This document shows, in pieces, positions 24,521 through 37,740 of a DNA stretch of 64,000 bases. Numbering within the stretch: the stretch's first letter is position 1; each line of letters starts with the position of its first letter. A program made the position numbers and the translations under genes. The DNA is taken from positions 15,879,903-15,943,902 of the forward strand of contig CM082577.2 in assembly GCA_040954595.2 (NCBI GenBank), in the 5' to 3' direction. Below the pieces are notes generated by a model, which did not search any database, was not told the origin of the DNA, and saw only the letters and a list, made by a program, of their open reading frames with translations. The stretch is from Balanoglossus misakiensis (lineage: Eukaryota > Animalia > Hemichordata).

Positions 24521-27500
24521 TGTTTCCTATTACCACACCACCAGCCATGACACCAAGCCAGCCCAGTACAGCCACATTGACCCCAGCAATGTTACCTATG
24601 ACCACACCACCAGCCATGACTCCAAGCCTGTCCTGTACAGCTACCCCAGCAATGTTACCTATGACCACACCACCAGCCATGACACCAAGCCTGTCCTGTA
24701 CAGCTACCCCAGCAATGTTACCTATGACCACATCACCAGCCATGACTCCAAGCCTGTCCTGTACAGCTACCCCAGCAATGTTACCTATGACCACACCACC
24801 AGCCATGACACCAAGCCAGCCCAGTACAGCTACATGTACCCCAGCAATGTTACCTATGACCACACCACCAGCCATGACGCCAAGCCTGTCCTGTACAGCT
24901 ACCCCAGCAATGTTACCTATGACCACACCACCAGCCATGACACCAAGCCAGCCCAGTACAGCTACATGTACCCCAGCAATGTTACCTATGACCACACCAC
25001 CAGCCATGACGCCAAGCCTGTCCTGTACAGCTACCCCAGCAATGTTACCTATGACCACACCACCAGCCATGACACCAAGCCAGCCCAGTACAGCTACATG
25101 TACCCCAGCAATGTTACCTATGACCACACCTCCAGCCATGACACCAAGCCTGTCCTGTACAGCTACCCCAGCAATGTTACCTATGACCACACCTCCAGCC
25201 ATGACACCAAGCCTGTCCTGTACAGCTACCCCAGCAATGTAACCTATGACCACACCACCAGCCATGACACCAAGCCTGTCCTGTACAGCTACCCCAGCCA
25301 TGTTACCTATGACCACACCTCCAGCCATGACACCAAGCCTGTCCTGTACAGCTACCCCAGCAATGTAACCTATGACCACACCACCAGCCATGACACCAAG
25401 CCTGTCCTGTACAGCTACCCCAGCCATGTTACCTATGACCACACCTCCAGCCATGACACCAAGCCTGTCCTGTACAGCTACCCCAGCAATGTTACCTATG
25501 ACCACACCACCAGCCATGACACCAAGCCAGCCCAGTACAGCTACATGTACCCCAGCCATGTTACCTATATGACCACACCTCCAGCCATGACACTAAGCCT
25601 GTCCTGTACAGCTACCCCAGCCATGTTACCTATGACCACACCTCCAGCCATGACACCAAGCCTGTCCTGTACAGCTACCCCAGCCATGTTACCTATGACC
25701 ACACCTCCAGCCATGACACCAAGCCTGTCCTGTACAGCTACCCCAGCAATGTTACCTATGACCACACCATCAGCCATGACACTAAGCCTGTCCTGTACAG
25801 CTACCCCAGCAATGTTACCTATGACCACACCTCCAGCCATGACACCAAGCCTGTCCTGTACAGCTATCCCAGCCATGTTACCTATGACCACTCCAAGCCT
25901 GTCCTGTACAGCTACCCCAGCAATGTTACCTATGACCACACCACCAGCCATGACACCAAGCCTGTCCTGTACAGCAACCCCAGCAATGTTACCTATGACC
26001 ACACCACCAGCCATGACACCTGAAGCCTGTCTTGTACAGCTACCCCAGCAATGTTACCTATGACCACACCACCAGCCATGACTCCAAGCCTGTCCTGTAC
26101 AGCTACCCCAGCAATGTTACCTATGACCACACCACCAGCCATGACACCAAGCCAGCCCAGTACAGCTACATGTACCCCAGCAATGTTACCTATGACCACA
26201 CCACCAGCCATGACTCCAAGCCTGTCCTGTACAGCTATCCCAGCAATGTTACCTATGACCACACCACCAGCCATGACACCAAGCCAGCCCAGTACAGCTA
26301 CATGTACCCCAGCAATGTTACCTATGACCACACCACCAGCCATGACTCCAAGCCTGTCCTGTACAGCTACCCCAGCAATGTTACCTATGACCACACCACC
26401 AGCCATGACACCAAGCCAGCCCAGTACAGCTACATGTACCCCAGCAATGTTACCTATGACCACACCACCAGCCATGACTCCAAGCCTGTCCTGTACAGCT
26501 ACCCCAGCAATGTTACCTATGACCACACCACCAGCCATGACACCAAGCCAGCCCAGTACAGCTACATGTACCCCAGCAATGTTACCTATGACCACACCAC
26601 CAGCCATGACTCCAAGCCTGTCCTGTACAGCTACCCCAGCCATGTTACCTATGACCACACCTCCAGCCATGACACCAAGCCTGTCCTGTACAGCTACCCC
26701 AGCAATGTTACCTATGACCACACCACCAGCCATGACACTTAGCCTGTCCTGTACAGCTACCCCAGCAATGTTACCTATGACCACACCTCCAGCCATGACA
26801 CCAAGCCTGTCCTGTACAGCTATCCCAGCCATGTTACCTATGACCACTCCAAGCCTGTCCTGTACAGCTACCCCAGCAATGTTACCTATGACCACACCAC
26901 CAGCCATGACACCAAGCCTGTCCTGTACAGCAACCCCAGCAATGTTACCTATGACCACACCACCAGCCATGACACCTGAAGCCTGTCTTGTACAGCTACC
27001 CCAGCAATGTTACCTATGACCACACCACCAGCCATGACTCCAAGCCTGTCCTGTACAGCTACCCCAGCAATGTTACCTATGACCACACCACCAGCCATGA
27101 CACCAAGCCAGCCCAGTACAGCTACATGTACCCCAGCAATGTTACCTATGACCACACCACCAGCCATGACTCCAAGCCTGTCCTGTACAGCTATCCCAGC
27201 AATGTTACCTATGACCACACCACCAGCCATGACACCAAGCCAGCCCAGTACAGCTACATGTACCCCAGCAATGTTACCTATGACCACACCACCAGCCATG
27301 ACTCCAAGCCTGTCCTGTACAGCTACCCCAGCAATGTTACCTATGACCACACCACCAGCCATGACACCAAGCCAGCCCAGTACAGCTACATGTACCCCAG
27401 CAATGTTACCTATGACCACACCACCAGCCATGACTCCAAGCCTGTCCTGTACAGCTACCCCAGCAATGTTACCTATGACCACACCACCAGCCATGACACC

Positions 27501-28166
27501 AAGCCAGCCCAGTACAGCTACATGTACCCCAGCAATGTTACCTATGACCACACCACCAGCCATGACTCCAAGCCTGTCCTGTACAGCTACCCCAGCCATG
27601 TTACCTATGACCACACCTCCAGCCATGACACCAAGCCTGTCCTGTACAGCTACCCCAGCAATGTTACCTATGACCACACCACCAGCCATGACACTTAGCC
27701 TGTCCTGTACAGCTACCCCAGCCATGTTACCTATGACCACACCACCAGCCATGACACCAAGTCTGTCCTGTACATGTACCCCAGCAATGTTACCTATGAC
27801 CACACCACCAGCCATGACACAAAGCCAGCCCAGTACAGCTACATGTACCCCAGCAATGTTACCTATGACGACACCTCCAGCCATGACACCAAGCCTGTCC
27901 TGTACAGCTACCCCAGCAATGTTACCTATGACCACTCCAAGCCTGTCCTGTACAGCTACCCCAGCCATGTTACCTATGACCACACCTCCAGCCATGACAC
28001 CAAGCCTGTCCTGTACAGCTACCCCAGCAATGTAACCTATGACCACACCACCAGCCATGACTCCAAGCCTGTCCTGTACAGCTACCCCAGCAATGTTACC
28101 TATGACCACACCTCCAGCCATGACACCAAGCCTGTCCTGTACAGCTACCCCAGCAATGTTACCTAT
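24520..28166 (+). repeat. Minisatellite of 60/66-bp units with a 956-bp higher-order duplication
   Basis: Unit ATGTTACCTATGACCACACCACCAGCCATGACACCAAGCCTGTCCTGTACAGCTACCCCAGCA. Identical ORFs at 26032 and 26988. Confidence 0.97.
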
Positions 28167-28351
28167 AGCCGCTTGCACACGTGCCATGGTTAGGCCGCCC
28201 TTTTTGGGATTATAAAAGTTGGTAAACATTTCTTATCAGCGACTCAAATAGTTTTGCATTCACATGTGTATAAAAGGGACGGGGTCATCGCCCTCTACGC
28301 CCTCATCGCCCTCTACGCGCGTCCACAGCAGAGTGGCTTAAAGGTCACAAT

Positions 28352-30406
28352 ATGGCGGATCCAGTGATGTGTTTAATGTATATGCTACTCTTGAATTTGC
28401 TTTTTAAACGTCGTCGAGGCCGATTTCATGGGCATTTGAATGACCCGATACCCGTTTATGGTAACCTTTCATTGGAGGTTGCGAGTGGAAGACTGCAGTC
28501 CATGCTACAAAATCGGCGTCGGAGGTCGAGTTTGCAATTCCTGTGTATGTGCCTTGGCCATTTCCGCGCCACGATGACCATGCCTGTAAATCGAACTCTG
28601 TGGATGAGAGAACGAGGAAACAATTGGTGGGAAACGATAGTCATGAGAACTTGGGAGGATAGAGACTGGTTGGAAAATTTAAGGTATGTTATACGCTGTA
28701 TTCTATTGTTGTTAAAATGTCCACAAGCTAAAAATCGGGTGGCGGTGGCCATCTATTGTTGTACTCGATCGCGTCGCGTGGGTGGACAATTGTTCCTGTA
28801 CGTGTAATTGTTTGGCTATGGTTCAACATTTTCAATGCTTCGCTGTAAAAATCTTCGTCGAGATTCTAGATAGTCAATCGGTATCGTCAAGTTCACATTT
28901 TACATGAAAGGATTAAGTGTATGCATTATGCATCTGGTTATAGTACAAATTTGAAATTTAATTTCAGTGCAGTTCCTCTGTTCACCCTCTTGAGAAAATT
29001 GTATGTGGAGTTTCATTACAACTTGAACAAGTTCTAATCTTTTATGTATATTTTGTCCCATAGAAAAAGAAGGTGGTCATGATGAAGGATCCCTACCAAT
29101 ATTTAACTATGGGTCATCCATACCTACAAAACTTAATATTCTTATGCTTTCACTTATGTTCCTACAGAATGAGAAGAGATACCTTTATGTATCTGTGTAA
29201 TCGCCTACGACGGAGAATTTTCCGAATGGACACAGAAATGAGACGTGCCTTTACTGTTGAAGTTCGTGTTGCTGTTACACTTTGGCGATTAAGTACTAAT
29301 TGTGAATATCGCTCCATTTCACATTTGTTTGGAATGGCAATATCTACTGTGTGTGCAATCTTCAGAGAAACGTGTGAAGCCATTAATCAAGAATTTGCCC
29401 GTGAAGCTATCAGATTTCCCAGAGGAGATGACCTTCAAGTGAGTATAAATTTTGCTGTAATCAGTTGGTGATTAATATAAGTTTTTTTTAGCTCTCACTT
29501 GAACTGGCTGGTGAACATACAAGGAATATGATTGCCCAGTCGGAATAACATGTCATGATTATGTTTTTAAAATTTGTGAAAACACATTTTAAATAGAGTT
29601 GTAATATTTATTCATTGCAAGAATCTTATGTTTTTAGCATGTTTAATGGTTCTTTGAACGTTTGCAGATTGGTCTGAATTAAATATGACTTAAACAGATT
29701 TATTTTCCAGAGAACTATTGATGGATTTGAAAACCGCTGGGGCTTCCCACAAGTTGTTGGTGCCATCGATGGGTCTCACATCCAAATCATTGGCCCAGAG
29801 AAGTATGCCAAGGATTATTTCAACCGAAAAGGGTATCACTCTGTTGTACTACAAGCTGTAGTAGATGACAAGTACTGTTTCACAGACATTTCTGTTGGCT
29901 GGCCAGGTAGTATGCATGATGCGCGTATTTACATCAATTCCAAAATTGGTTCAAAGCTGTCAGCAAATAGATTCCTGCCAGACATAACCAGGCCAATCAG
30001 TGGGGTAGATGTTCCATTAATGCTGCTAGCTGACCCAGCATATCCTCTTCAGAGACACATCATCAAGCCATATTCAGACACTGGTAGACTCACTCCTGAT
30101 GAACTGTTTTTTAATAGACGTTTAAGCAGTGCTCGTATGGTTGTGGAAAATGCTTTCGGACGCCTTAAAGGCAGATGGCGTTGCCTTATCAAGCGTAATG
30201 ATTGTCGGTTGGATACGATATCCAAAATAGTCAAAACTTGTTGTATTTTGCATAATATATGTGAGCAACAAGGTAATGCTTTCTATGAGCAATGGTTATG
30301 CGACGACGGAGAAGAACCACATGTTGCAAACAATGTAAATGATGATGTTAATGCTGCCAACACCAGAGCAGCTCTTACTCGGTATTTTCGTGATAACCAT
30401 GAATAG
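28352..30406 (+). CDS. Harbinger (HARBI1-like, DDE_Tnp_4) transposase, 3 exons (28352-28683, 29168-29438, 29711-30406), 432 aa
   Basis: GT-AG introns with compatible phases. Motifs GAIDGSH, WPGSMHDARI, LADPAYP, VENAFGRLKGRW. Confidence 0.9.
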
Positions 30407-30692
30407 ATACCAATAGGTGTCCAGAGGAAATGTTTGTCTTTTAAAGTGTGCAAGTGTACATTTTTTTGTTGTTGATTAATGCAATTGTAGTGATAACCAT
30501 GAATAGATACCAATAGGTGTCCAGAGGAAATGTTTGTCTTTTGAAGTGGGCAAGTGTACATTTTTTTGTTGTTGATTAATACAATTGTAGTGATAACCAT
30601 GAATAGATACCAATAGGTGTCCAGAGGAAATGTTTGTCTTTTAAAGTGTGCAAGTGTACATTTTGTTGTTGTTGATTAATAAAATTGTAGTA
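30390..30692 (+). repeat. ~100-bp tandem repeat x3 overlapping the transposase stop
   Basis: GTGATAACCATGAATAGATACCAATAGG at ~30390, 30490 and 30591. Confidence 0.9.
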
Positions 30693-31210
30693 GTTAGTCT
30701 ACTAGATCAGTCTACTTTCTTTCTTGTGGGAGTGTTTTTTATATTAACACAAGTGATGGAGATCTTTCATGAAATGAAAATCAACATTTATTGATTTGTT
30801 AGAAAAATACATCTTCATTGAAATAGGACGGTAAATGAAAAAAAAAACATCAGAATTGTTGACTTATTTAAATGATACTGCAAGGTTGTGTAAATATAAC
30901 AACAAACTATTATGACTGACTGCCAAAAAAGTCTGGAAGAATTTTAAAAAAAAAATAAAGATAAATGCCAATGCCATAATGCTTTTTGGGGCTTGGGCCC
31001 CTATTCCAGTTAAAACTCAGAGAAGATATGCTTACCCAAAACACAGAAATTTACACACAAAAAAACTCCCTAAATATGAAAAAAAGCAATCAGAAAATAA
31101 ACTTGGGTTACCCCTAGGAATAAAGCATATGTTAGTGAGCATAAAAAATAGTAAAAAAATTATCAAACGAAAAATTTAAAATAATGCCAAGGATGTATCA
31201 ATTGTAAAAC

Positions 31211-33750
31211 CTACATTGAAGCATAAGTCGAATTAATGGCGCTAGATATCACATCATCAGGAAAATGAGAACTACCAGGTCTTGGCAGTTGAGGATCAAT
31301 GTCATATCGCTTCTGCCATGGATTTGGTGTTACTACAGGAGCTGGTGCTGGTGGTGTCTGCCTCATTTGCTGGGCCATTAAGTTCATCATGGTGTTCATT
31401 ATTTGGTTGTCGAATTGTCTTTGTTCTCTTTCCATTGCGATTCGCCTTTCTTCGAGCTCCTGCCTCTTCCTTTCATTTTCCAGATGCTGCTGTTCAAAGG
31501 ATTGCTGTCTCTCGGCCAGTATATGCAATTGCTGTCCATAGAGACGATGTCTCTCCTCTTCTATTTCCGTTTTTTTCTTGTCACGCCCCTGCTCGAACGT
31601 AATGTACTTTTCGATCATGGAATTTACACTCTTCATTGCTTTGCCTTCATTGTCTATTTTGTGACGTTTTCTGCGTTCTATTTGTGAGAAGAAAAAGAAA
31701 TTCTTAACAAGTATAAAACAAAATTCATTCCCATTTTGATAGAATTTGAACAGAAAAAAAGAAAATTGAAAATTTAGAAAAACATCAATACTTGCGACGA
31801 GGTTAAGACAGAAGTTTGACTTACTACTGGTTAATTTATGGACTTCCCTGCTTATGCTGGAAAGCATACACTTTCAATTTGCTAATTTGTGTTTATGCTG
31901 CATAAAACTGGATATACAATTTCATTTCCCTGGCAAGAGTCTTGTGTTGGTAATGACTTCAAACTATTACAAAATATGAATTAATACAACATGTTTGCAG
32001 CTTTTGCATGATATGATTTTTTATAGGAGTCAATGTACTGAGAACTCACCTCTTCGTTGGGCAACTGCAGGAGAGTTGACTTCATTGCTTCTAGTTTTCC
32101 TGGTCTCTGCGGCTCTCTGCTGAGTGTCACTGGAAGCTATTTGATAAAACAAGGATATGTGGTAAAGGAGATGACAGGGAGTTGTGTCTATGAGCGAAAT
32201 TTTGCTCAAAGGGGAAACTTGCTCAGGCTGCATTGTTATGGTTCACATAGGGTTAATGTGGAAGTCATTATTTTTATGAAAATCTTCAAACATTACATAT
32301 GCCAAAGGTGAAAACTGAACAGTTGTTTTCAGCGATATAAAAGTCAAAATCACAGTCCCAAAAATCCAAGTACAATAAGACAATTTATCTTACCACTGCT
32401 GGTACTGCCAGAATCTGAATTCTGGTCATCCTGTGTAAAGGTAAGGCTGTGAGGGCGTTTCTTAAGTGGTACTCTCGGTGTGTCTTCTTGAGGAAAAAAG
32501 AACAGTATATTTAATAATTAATTTATTGAATAAAATTATCATACACATAAACACAGTGAAGCATGTCAAATTAGCTGTGTCTTTTCTACTTGTTTTTAAT
32601 GTCACAATTTCAAAACAAGCTAAACTCAAGTCAAAGTTTGTCAAAAAGTGTGGCCACAGAAAGTTTTCAAAATGTGACTGACCTGCCTATTACCTGGTGA
32701 CCGTGATTTGGGCAAGCAACATACACAAAGATGTAGTTATATTAGGCCTACATGTATATTGAAACTGATGTAAAATTGATGGTACACTTTATTTTTTCTG
32801 GTGTTTCGAAATGACCATATTTACCTTGTACAACATCTCCCCTTCTCTCCATGTCTTCTGGACCGCACTGATCTGCATGCTGGACAACTGGAATAATACA
32901 GAAACCCATTGTCAAAAAAATTGTTTTGTACACACCATAAATTTATGTGTACACTGAATTGAATTAAATTAACCAAGAAAAATTATCAAGATGGGGACTC
33001 AGGAAGTGAGGAATTGAGGATTTCCATGTCTACACGTACACAATCATGTAATGATGTGACTGCTGTGGTCAGGCTGCATTGTGACTATTGGAATTTCTTC
33101 TTTTATGAGACAATAGACTGGATTCAGAACACAATAGTGCCTGTTGGCAGCCTTTGTTCGCCAGTTTTTTCAGCTTGGGGAGATCCCTGTCCATGTATTG
33201 TATTGCAGCGATCAAATAAACAAACAGTGTTCTGGTCAGGGTTCTTTGAACTCTTACTCATATGTTTTTGAGAAACAACTATCATTTGATGTACATGTAA
33301 CTACTAAATACAGCTCACCGGAGAAATACGCTCTGACAAATGTACTACTACAATATGAATATGTAGAACCTGAACTCACCAGCGTGTGCGTCCTGTTCGA
33401 CCACTGTACCTTTATCGCCACGATCACTATGGTCCGAATTGAAGCTTTCTTCACCGTCACCGTCGTCGCTGCTTTCGATGATCTCCTCTACTGCAGCATG
33501 CTGTGGATCCACGCCGGGCCTGTGACCGATAACTTCGGCCAACTCATCGAAATATGGCATTGACTTCCTGCCCCTGCCGCTCCGTTTATTGTTGTCCACA
33601 ACGGCCTTGAACTGGGACCGCAGACGTTTGATTTTTTTATGATTCTGATGTACTGCGGTCCGGTCAAGGCCTTTGGCAATCGCTTTAGATGCAATCACCC
33701 CGTATACCCGCGAATCTCTTGAAGTGCCATCCAACATCCTCTGCACCCCT
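31211..33750 (-). pseudogene. Harbinger Myb/SANT (trihelix) accessory protein gene, multi-exon, 5' truncated
   Basis: VQRMLDGTSRDSRVYGVIA...KIKRLRSQFK...SGRGRKSMPYFDEL, small minus-strand GT-AG exons (~32825-32887, ~32394-32488, ~32050-32137) and a coiled-coil last exon ending at 31211. Confidence 0.75.
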
Positions 33751-34874
33751 ATCAACCTTTCCCACGTCACAATCAAATTTTTTCCGGCCAATACCTCATC
33801 CATCCTACAACCACTGGATCAAGGGGCAATTCGCGCTTTCAAAGCTCATTACAGAAGGCGACTTCTTCGTTCAGTATTGGCAAAGATTGACAACGCATCG
33901 AATGCAAGTGAAGTAGCGAAGTCCGTCAATGTACTCGACGCGGTGTATTGGATCAGCGGTGCATGGAAAGAGACCAAAGAAGAGACGATCAGAAAGTGTT
34001 TCTGGAAAGGCAGCTTCAAAGTCGACGCTGAAGAGTCCGATATCAGCGAAGAACCAGAAGAAGAAAATGAACTAGGAACACTCATCCGAGAAGTAAATGC
34101 CGGTTGCAGTGAACAGTGTACCGTTGACCAGTACGTGAACTTTGATGACGAATTGCCAACCAAAGCAACGTATGACGGGGAATGGGAGGAACAGATCCTA
34201 CAGAACTGCCTGGCCAACAAAGAAGGGGAAAGCAGAGAAGCAGAAAAGGAAGACGGAGAAGATGGACAACAGAATGACAACACTGAAAACATCGACCCAG
34301 ATGATGGTTCGCAGTTAACCTACGGCGAAGTCCTTGTTATGCTGCGGAAGTTGCAGAATTTTGCCGTGAACAGACACACTCGCTATCTCTCCGAAATTCA
34401 GGATTTGATGTCGATGACGGAACGCCACATTGTGCAGAAGCGATGTTCCCTAAACAATCATCCCTTGACAGTTTTCTAAAGAAAAAATAGACTGGATGTT
34501 CTTCACGACTACTTATCAGTAGTTTCCAGGAAATCAATTGTCCGACATTCTGCCGATGCGATACGTCTTCCTGTTAATCCACTCAGCCCGCAAACGAACT
34601 TCAATTTCCTTTTTTTTATTTTCAACAATTTTCAGAAATTAAGCTGTACAGAAGTTTTTTTTAATTACCTTTAATTTGAAATAAACATGAAATACAAATG
34701 TACAAACGTGTGTATATCGTGTGTGTGTCTGCTGTGCACTGTGTGTATGAGATCGGGGTCAAAGGGTTCATGGGGGGGGGGGGGAGCCACGCCCACTCTG
34801 AGTAAACCGACCCACTGTGAAAACCGACCAGAATGTGTGGTCCGAGGTGAGGTCGGTTTTGCCAGGTTTCACTG
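33750..34874 (+). mobile_element. 3' remnant of a Tigger/pogo (DDE_1) transposon
   Basis: FFPANTSSILQPLDQGAIRAFKAHYRR...TIRKCFWK in ORF 33673..34479. Ends ...GGTTTCACTG followed by TA. Confidence 0.85.
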
Positions 34875-35749
34875 TACTGTTAAATGCCCATTGCTGTTGA
34901 AACATTTTCCACATACTTTGCATTCATATGGTCTCTCTTGGGTATGAACTCTCAAATGCACTGTTAAACGCCCATTGCTGCTGAAACATTTTCCACATAC
35001 TTTGCATTCATATGGTCTTTCTTGGGTATGGACTCTCAAGTGTGCTGTTAAGTCCCCATTTTGGGTGAAACATGTTCTGCATTCATATGGTCTCTCTTGG
35101 GTATGGACTCTCAAATGCACTGTTAAACGCCCATTGCTGCTGAAACATTTTCCACATACTTTGCATTCATATGGTCTTTCGTGGGTATCGACTCTCAAGT
35201 GTGCTGTTAAGTCCCCATTTTGGGTGAAACATGTTCTGCATTCATATGGTCTCTCTTGGGTATGGACTCTCAAATGCACTGTTAAACGCCCATTGCTGCT
35301 GAAACATTTTCCACATACTTTGCATTCATATGGTCTTTCGTGGGTATCGACTCTCAAGTGTGCTGTTAAATGCCCATTACCGTTGAAACATTTACCACAT
35401 ACTTTGCATTCATGTGGTCTTTCTTTGGGATGGACTCTCAAGTGTGCTGTTAAATTCCCATTTTGGGTGACACATTTTCCACATGTTCTGAATTCATATG
35501 GTCTTTCTTGGGTATGGACTCTCAAATGCACTGTTAAATGTCCATTGCTGTTGAAAAATTTTCCACATACTTTGCATTCACATAGTTTTTCGTGGGTATC
35601 GACTCTCAAGTGTGCTGTTAAATGCCCATTGCCGTTGAAACATTTTCCACATACTTTGCATTCATGTGGTCTTTCTTGGGGATGGACTTTCAAATGTGCT
35701 GTTAAATTCCCATTTTTGGTGAAACATTTTCCATATGTTCTGCATTCAT
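34875..35749 (-). repeat. C2H2 zinc-finger-coding tandem array (84/75-bp units), left segment
   Basis: ORF 34869..35693: repeats of [26 protein letters not shown]. Confidence 0.92.
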
Positions 35750-36054
35750 CACGGCTGTTAATATCGTACGTAAGGCGAATTCTAGTTGGAGTAAAGAAAT
35801 AACAATGTCAAACGCACGAGATCTCGTGTATAGGGAGAACTCGCAGCGGGATTTCGATCACATGTTTTTTGAGAATTGCCTCCGATCGAACGAAGCAAGT
35901 TCTGGGCGGGGTAACTACCTAATATGGACTTAAACCTCACTTCCTCCTCACTTTCTTAAGAGCAAGCAAACACAAAACACAGATGTTGGGTCAACATTGG
36001 GGGGTAAACTTTAATACTAAACTACTGGACCTTAGTCGTTACATACTACGAAAT

Positions 36055-36085
<31 letters not shown>

Positions 36086-36640
36086 CATACATAAAGCAGG
36101 CCTGTGAAAGAGGCAGAACTTACAAAATTGCCAGTAAAAAGGCAGGCAGCAAATGCTTCAAATACAAATGCACAGTGATAATGTATGAAATGTAAAGGAA
36201 AGCAGTAAATATTACATTGCAGCAACAACAAAAATAAATAAAAAAAATAAGAGGTGGGAGGGTGGGGCAAAGAGCTGAGTGGGGTGCAACACTCACACTG
36301 GCTGTTCTCGCTCGAATGAGCTACGGGACTTTCCCTCCTCCTGAGGATGAGTAACTAAGGCAGTGATTGGTTAAACAAAGAGGGAAAAGGCGATTGGTGA
36401 AAATGCAACCTCGTCCTCAGCCGATTTAAACCTCGCTCAATGAGAGCTATACCTTAAACCTCACTTCCTCCTCACTTTCTTAAGAGCAAGCAAACACAAA
36501 ACACAGATGTTGGGTCAACATTGGGGGGTAAACTTTAATACTAAACTACTGGACCTTAGTCCTTACATACTACGAAATCCCCAACACCCAACAGTAGTGG
36601 TAGTCGAAGTAGGAAAATAGGTGGGTTGAAAATGTACACA

Positions 36641-36988
36641 CTAAACAGAGTGTGCATCAGGCAGAAATTGTGCACGAGACGGCTGGCGCAGGCAATTGAT
36701 GCAATCAAGAATTCGTCGAAGGAAACTTCTACCTCCATGAATAACCTGACAAGCCCAATTTAATTTCCCAGCAAGGGATTGCAATTGGCGGCGGGACGCA
36801 CGCTTCTTAGAGCGAAATGACAGCAGCAATGTGTAAAGCTCTTTTAGCTTTGTCGGCGGCAGCGCTAAGGTGAAGTTACAAGTGTCGATGAGTATGCCCA
36901 AAAACACCAGTTTTTGAGTGGGACCTTCCACCTTACTCCAGGCAATGGAAAACCCCAATTTCCGTAACAATGCAATAAGGGTGTTCAA
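36641..36988 (-). pseudogene. DIRS/Ngaro reverse transcriptase C-terminal fragment
   Basis: LGFSIAWSKVEGPTQKLVFLGILIDT...LQSLAGKLNWACQVIHGGRSFLRR. Confidence 0.85.
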
Positions 36989-37740
36989 CGCAGTCTGACA
37001 TTAGCATGTAAAGAGCTAGGTACATAATCCACAACGTCAAAGTAGGTCAAACCTTGCATTGTTTTAGGTTTTAAGTAAACCAAAGGGTCCAAATCCATTC
37101 GGTGTGGCTGCTGCAGTGGAGATGAAGGCATAGTACTAGAGTTATTGTTCAATGTCCCTTCATTTAAATTAAGCGCCTGGAGAAGAGAGTCCAAACCAAT
37201 GCTGGAGTGGTTGTCCGATCGGACCGGAGGTTGGGTGCCTTCCGTCTTCATCGATGATCCCGTCGCCCCGCTGGTGGTACTCGGAGAACAGGAGGCCGCC
37301 ATGTTGTTGAGTTGTTTATCGAACGGCGCCCTCTGTTGGTCAGCATGTCCGTGATTACTTGCCTCGCTGGGGGTACGCTGGCCAGCCAAAAGTTTCAGGG
37401 CAGCTTCCAGATGACGAAGTTGAGCGAGAGGCGAAATCTTCAGTAACAATAAGTCTTCGTAGTGTAAAAGCTTCATCGAAGACATGTTAGTAAACCCGTT
37501 GATGGCCAAGGAGTGAAGTGTCAATGATGTGATGCCATTCTGCTCGGCCCATAGTTGCACTTCAACATCAGGTGTCTGCACTTCAGCGTCCGGTGTCGGC
37601 ACTTCAGCGTCCGGTGTCGGCACCGAGCTGATGATCGCTGGGTCAACTTGCTCCATCTTACCACAGATGGAGAACCAACGGGAAAGAGGAAAATCAGAAA
37701 TTCTGGCGTCCGGTGAAGGCGGGAAGAAAACTTCGAGCAA
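36985..37740 (-). pseudogene. Ngaro ORF1 (gag-like) N-terminal fragment
   Basis: 251-aa ORF directly after repeat A1 and upstream of the RT fragment; call is mainly positional. Confidence 0.6.

Larger units (their letters stand above)
28167..33750 (+). mobile_element. PIF/Harbinger transposon, truncated on the right
   Basis: Starts abruptly in the minisatellite with AGCCGCTTGCACACG. Carries convergent HARBI1-type transposase and Myb/SANT genes. No matching right TIR seen. Confidence 0.85.

Noticed and set aside
24373-28229. Mucin-like or membrane protein genes
   Set aside because: These ORFs arise from a stop-poor minisatellite; there is no signal peptide and frameshifts are duplicated with the repeat.
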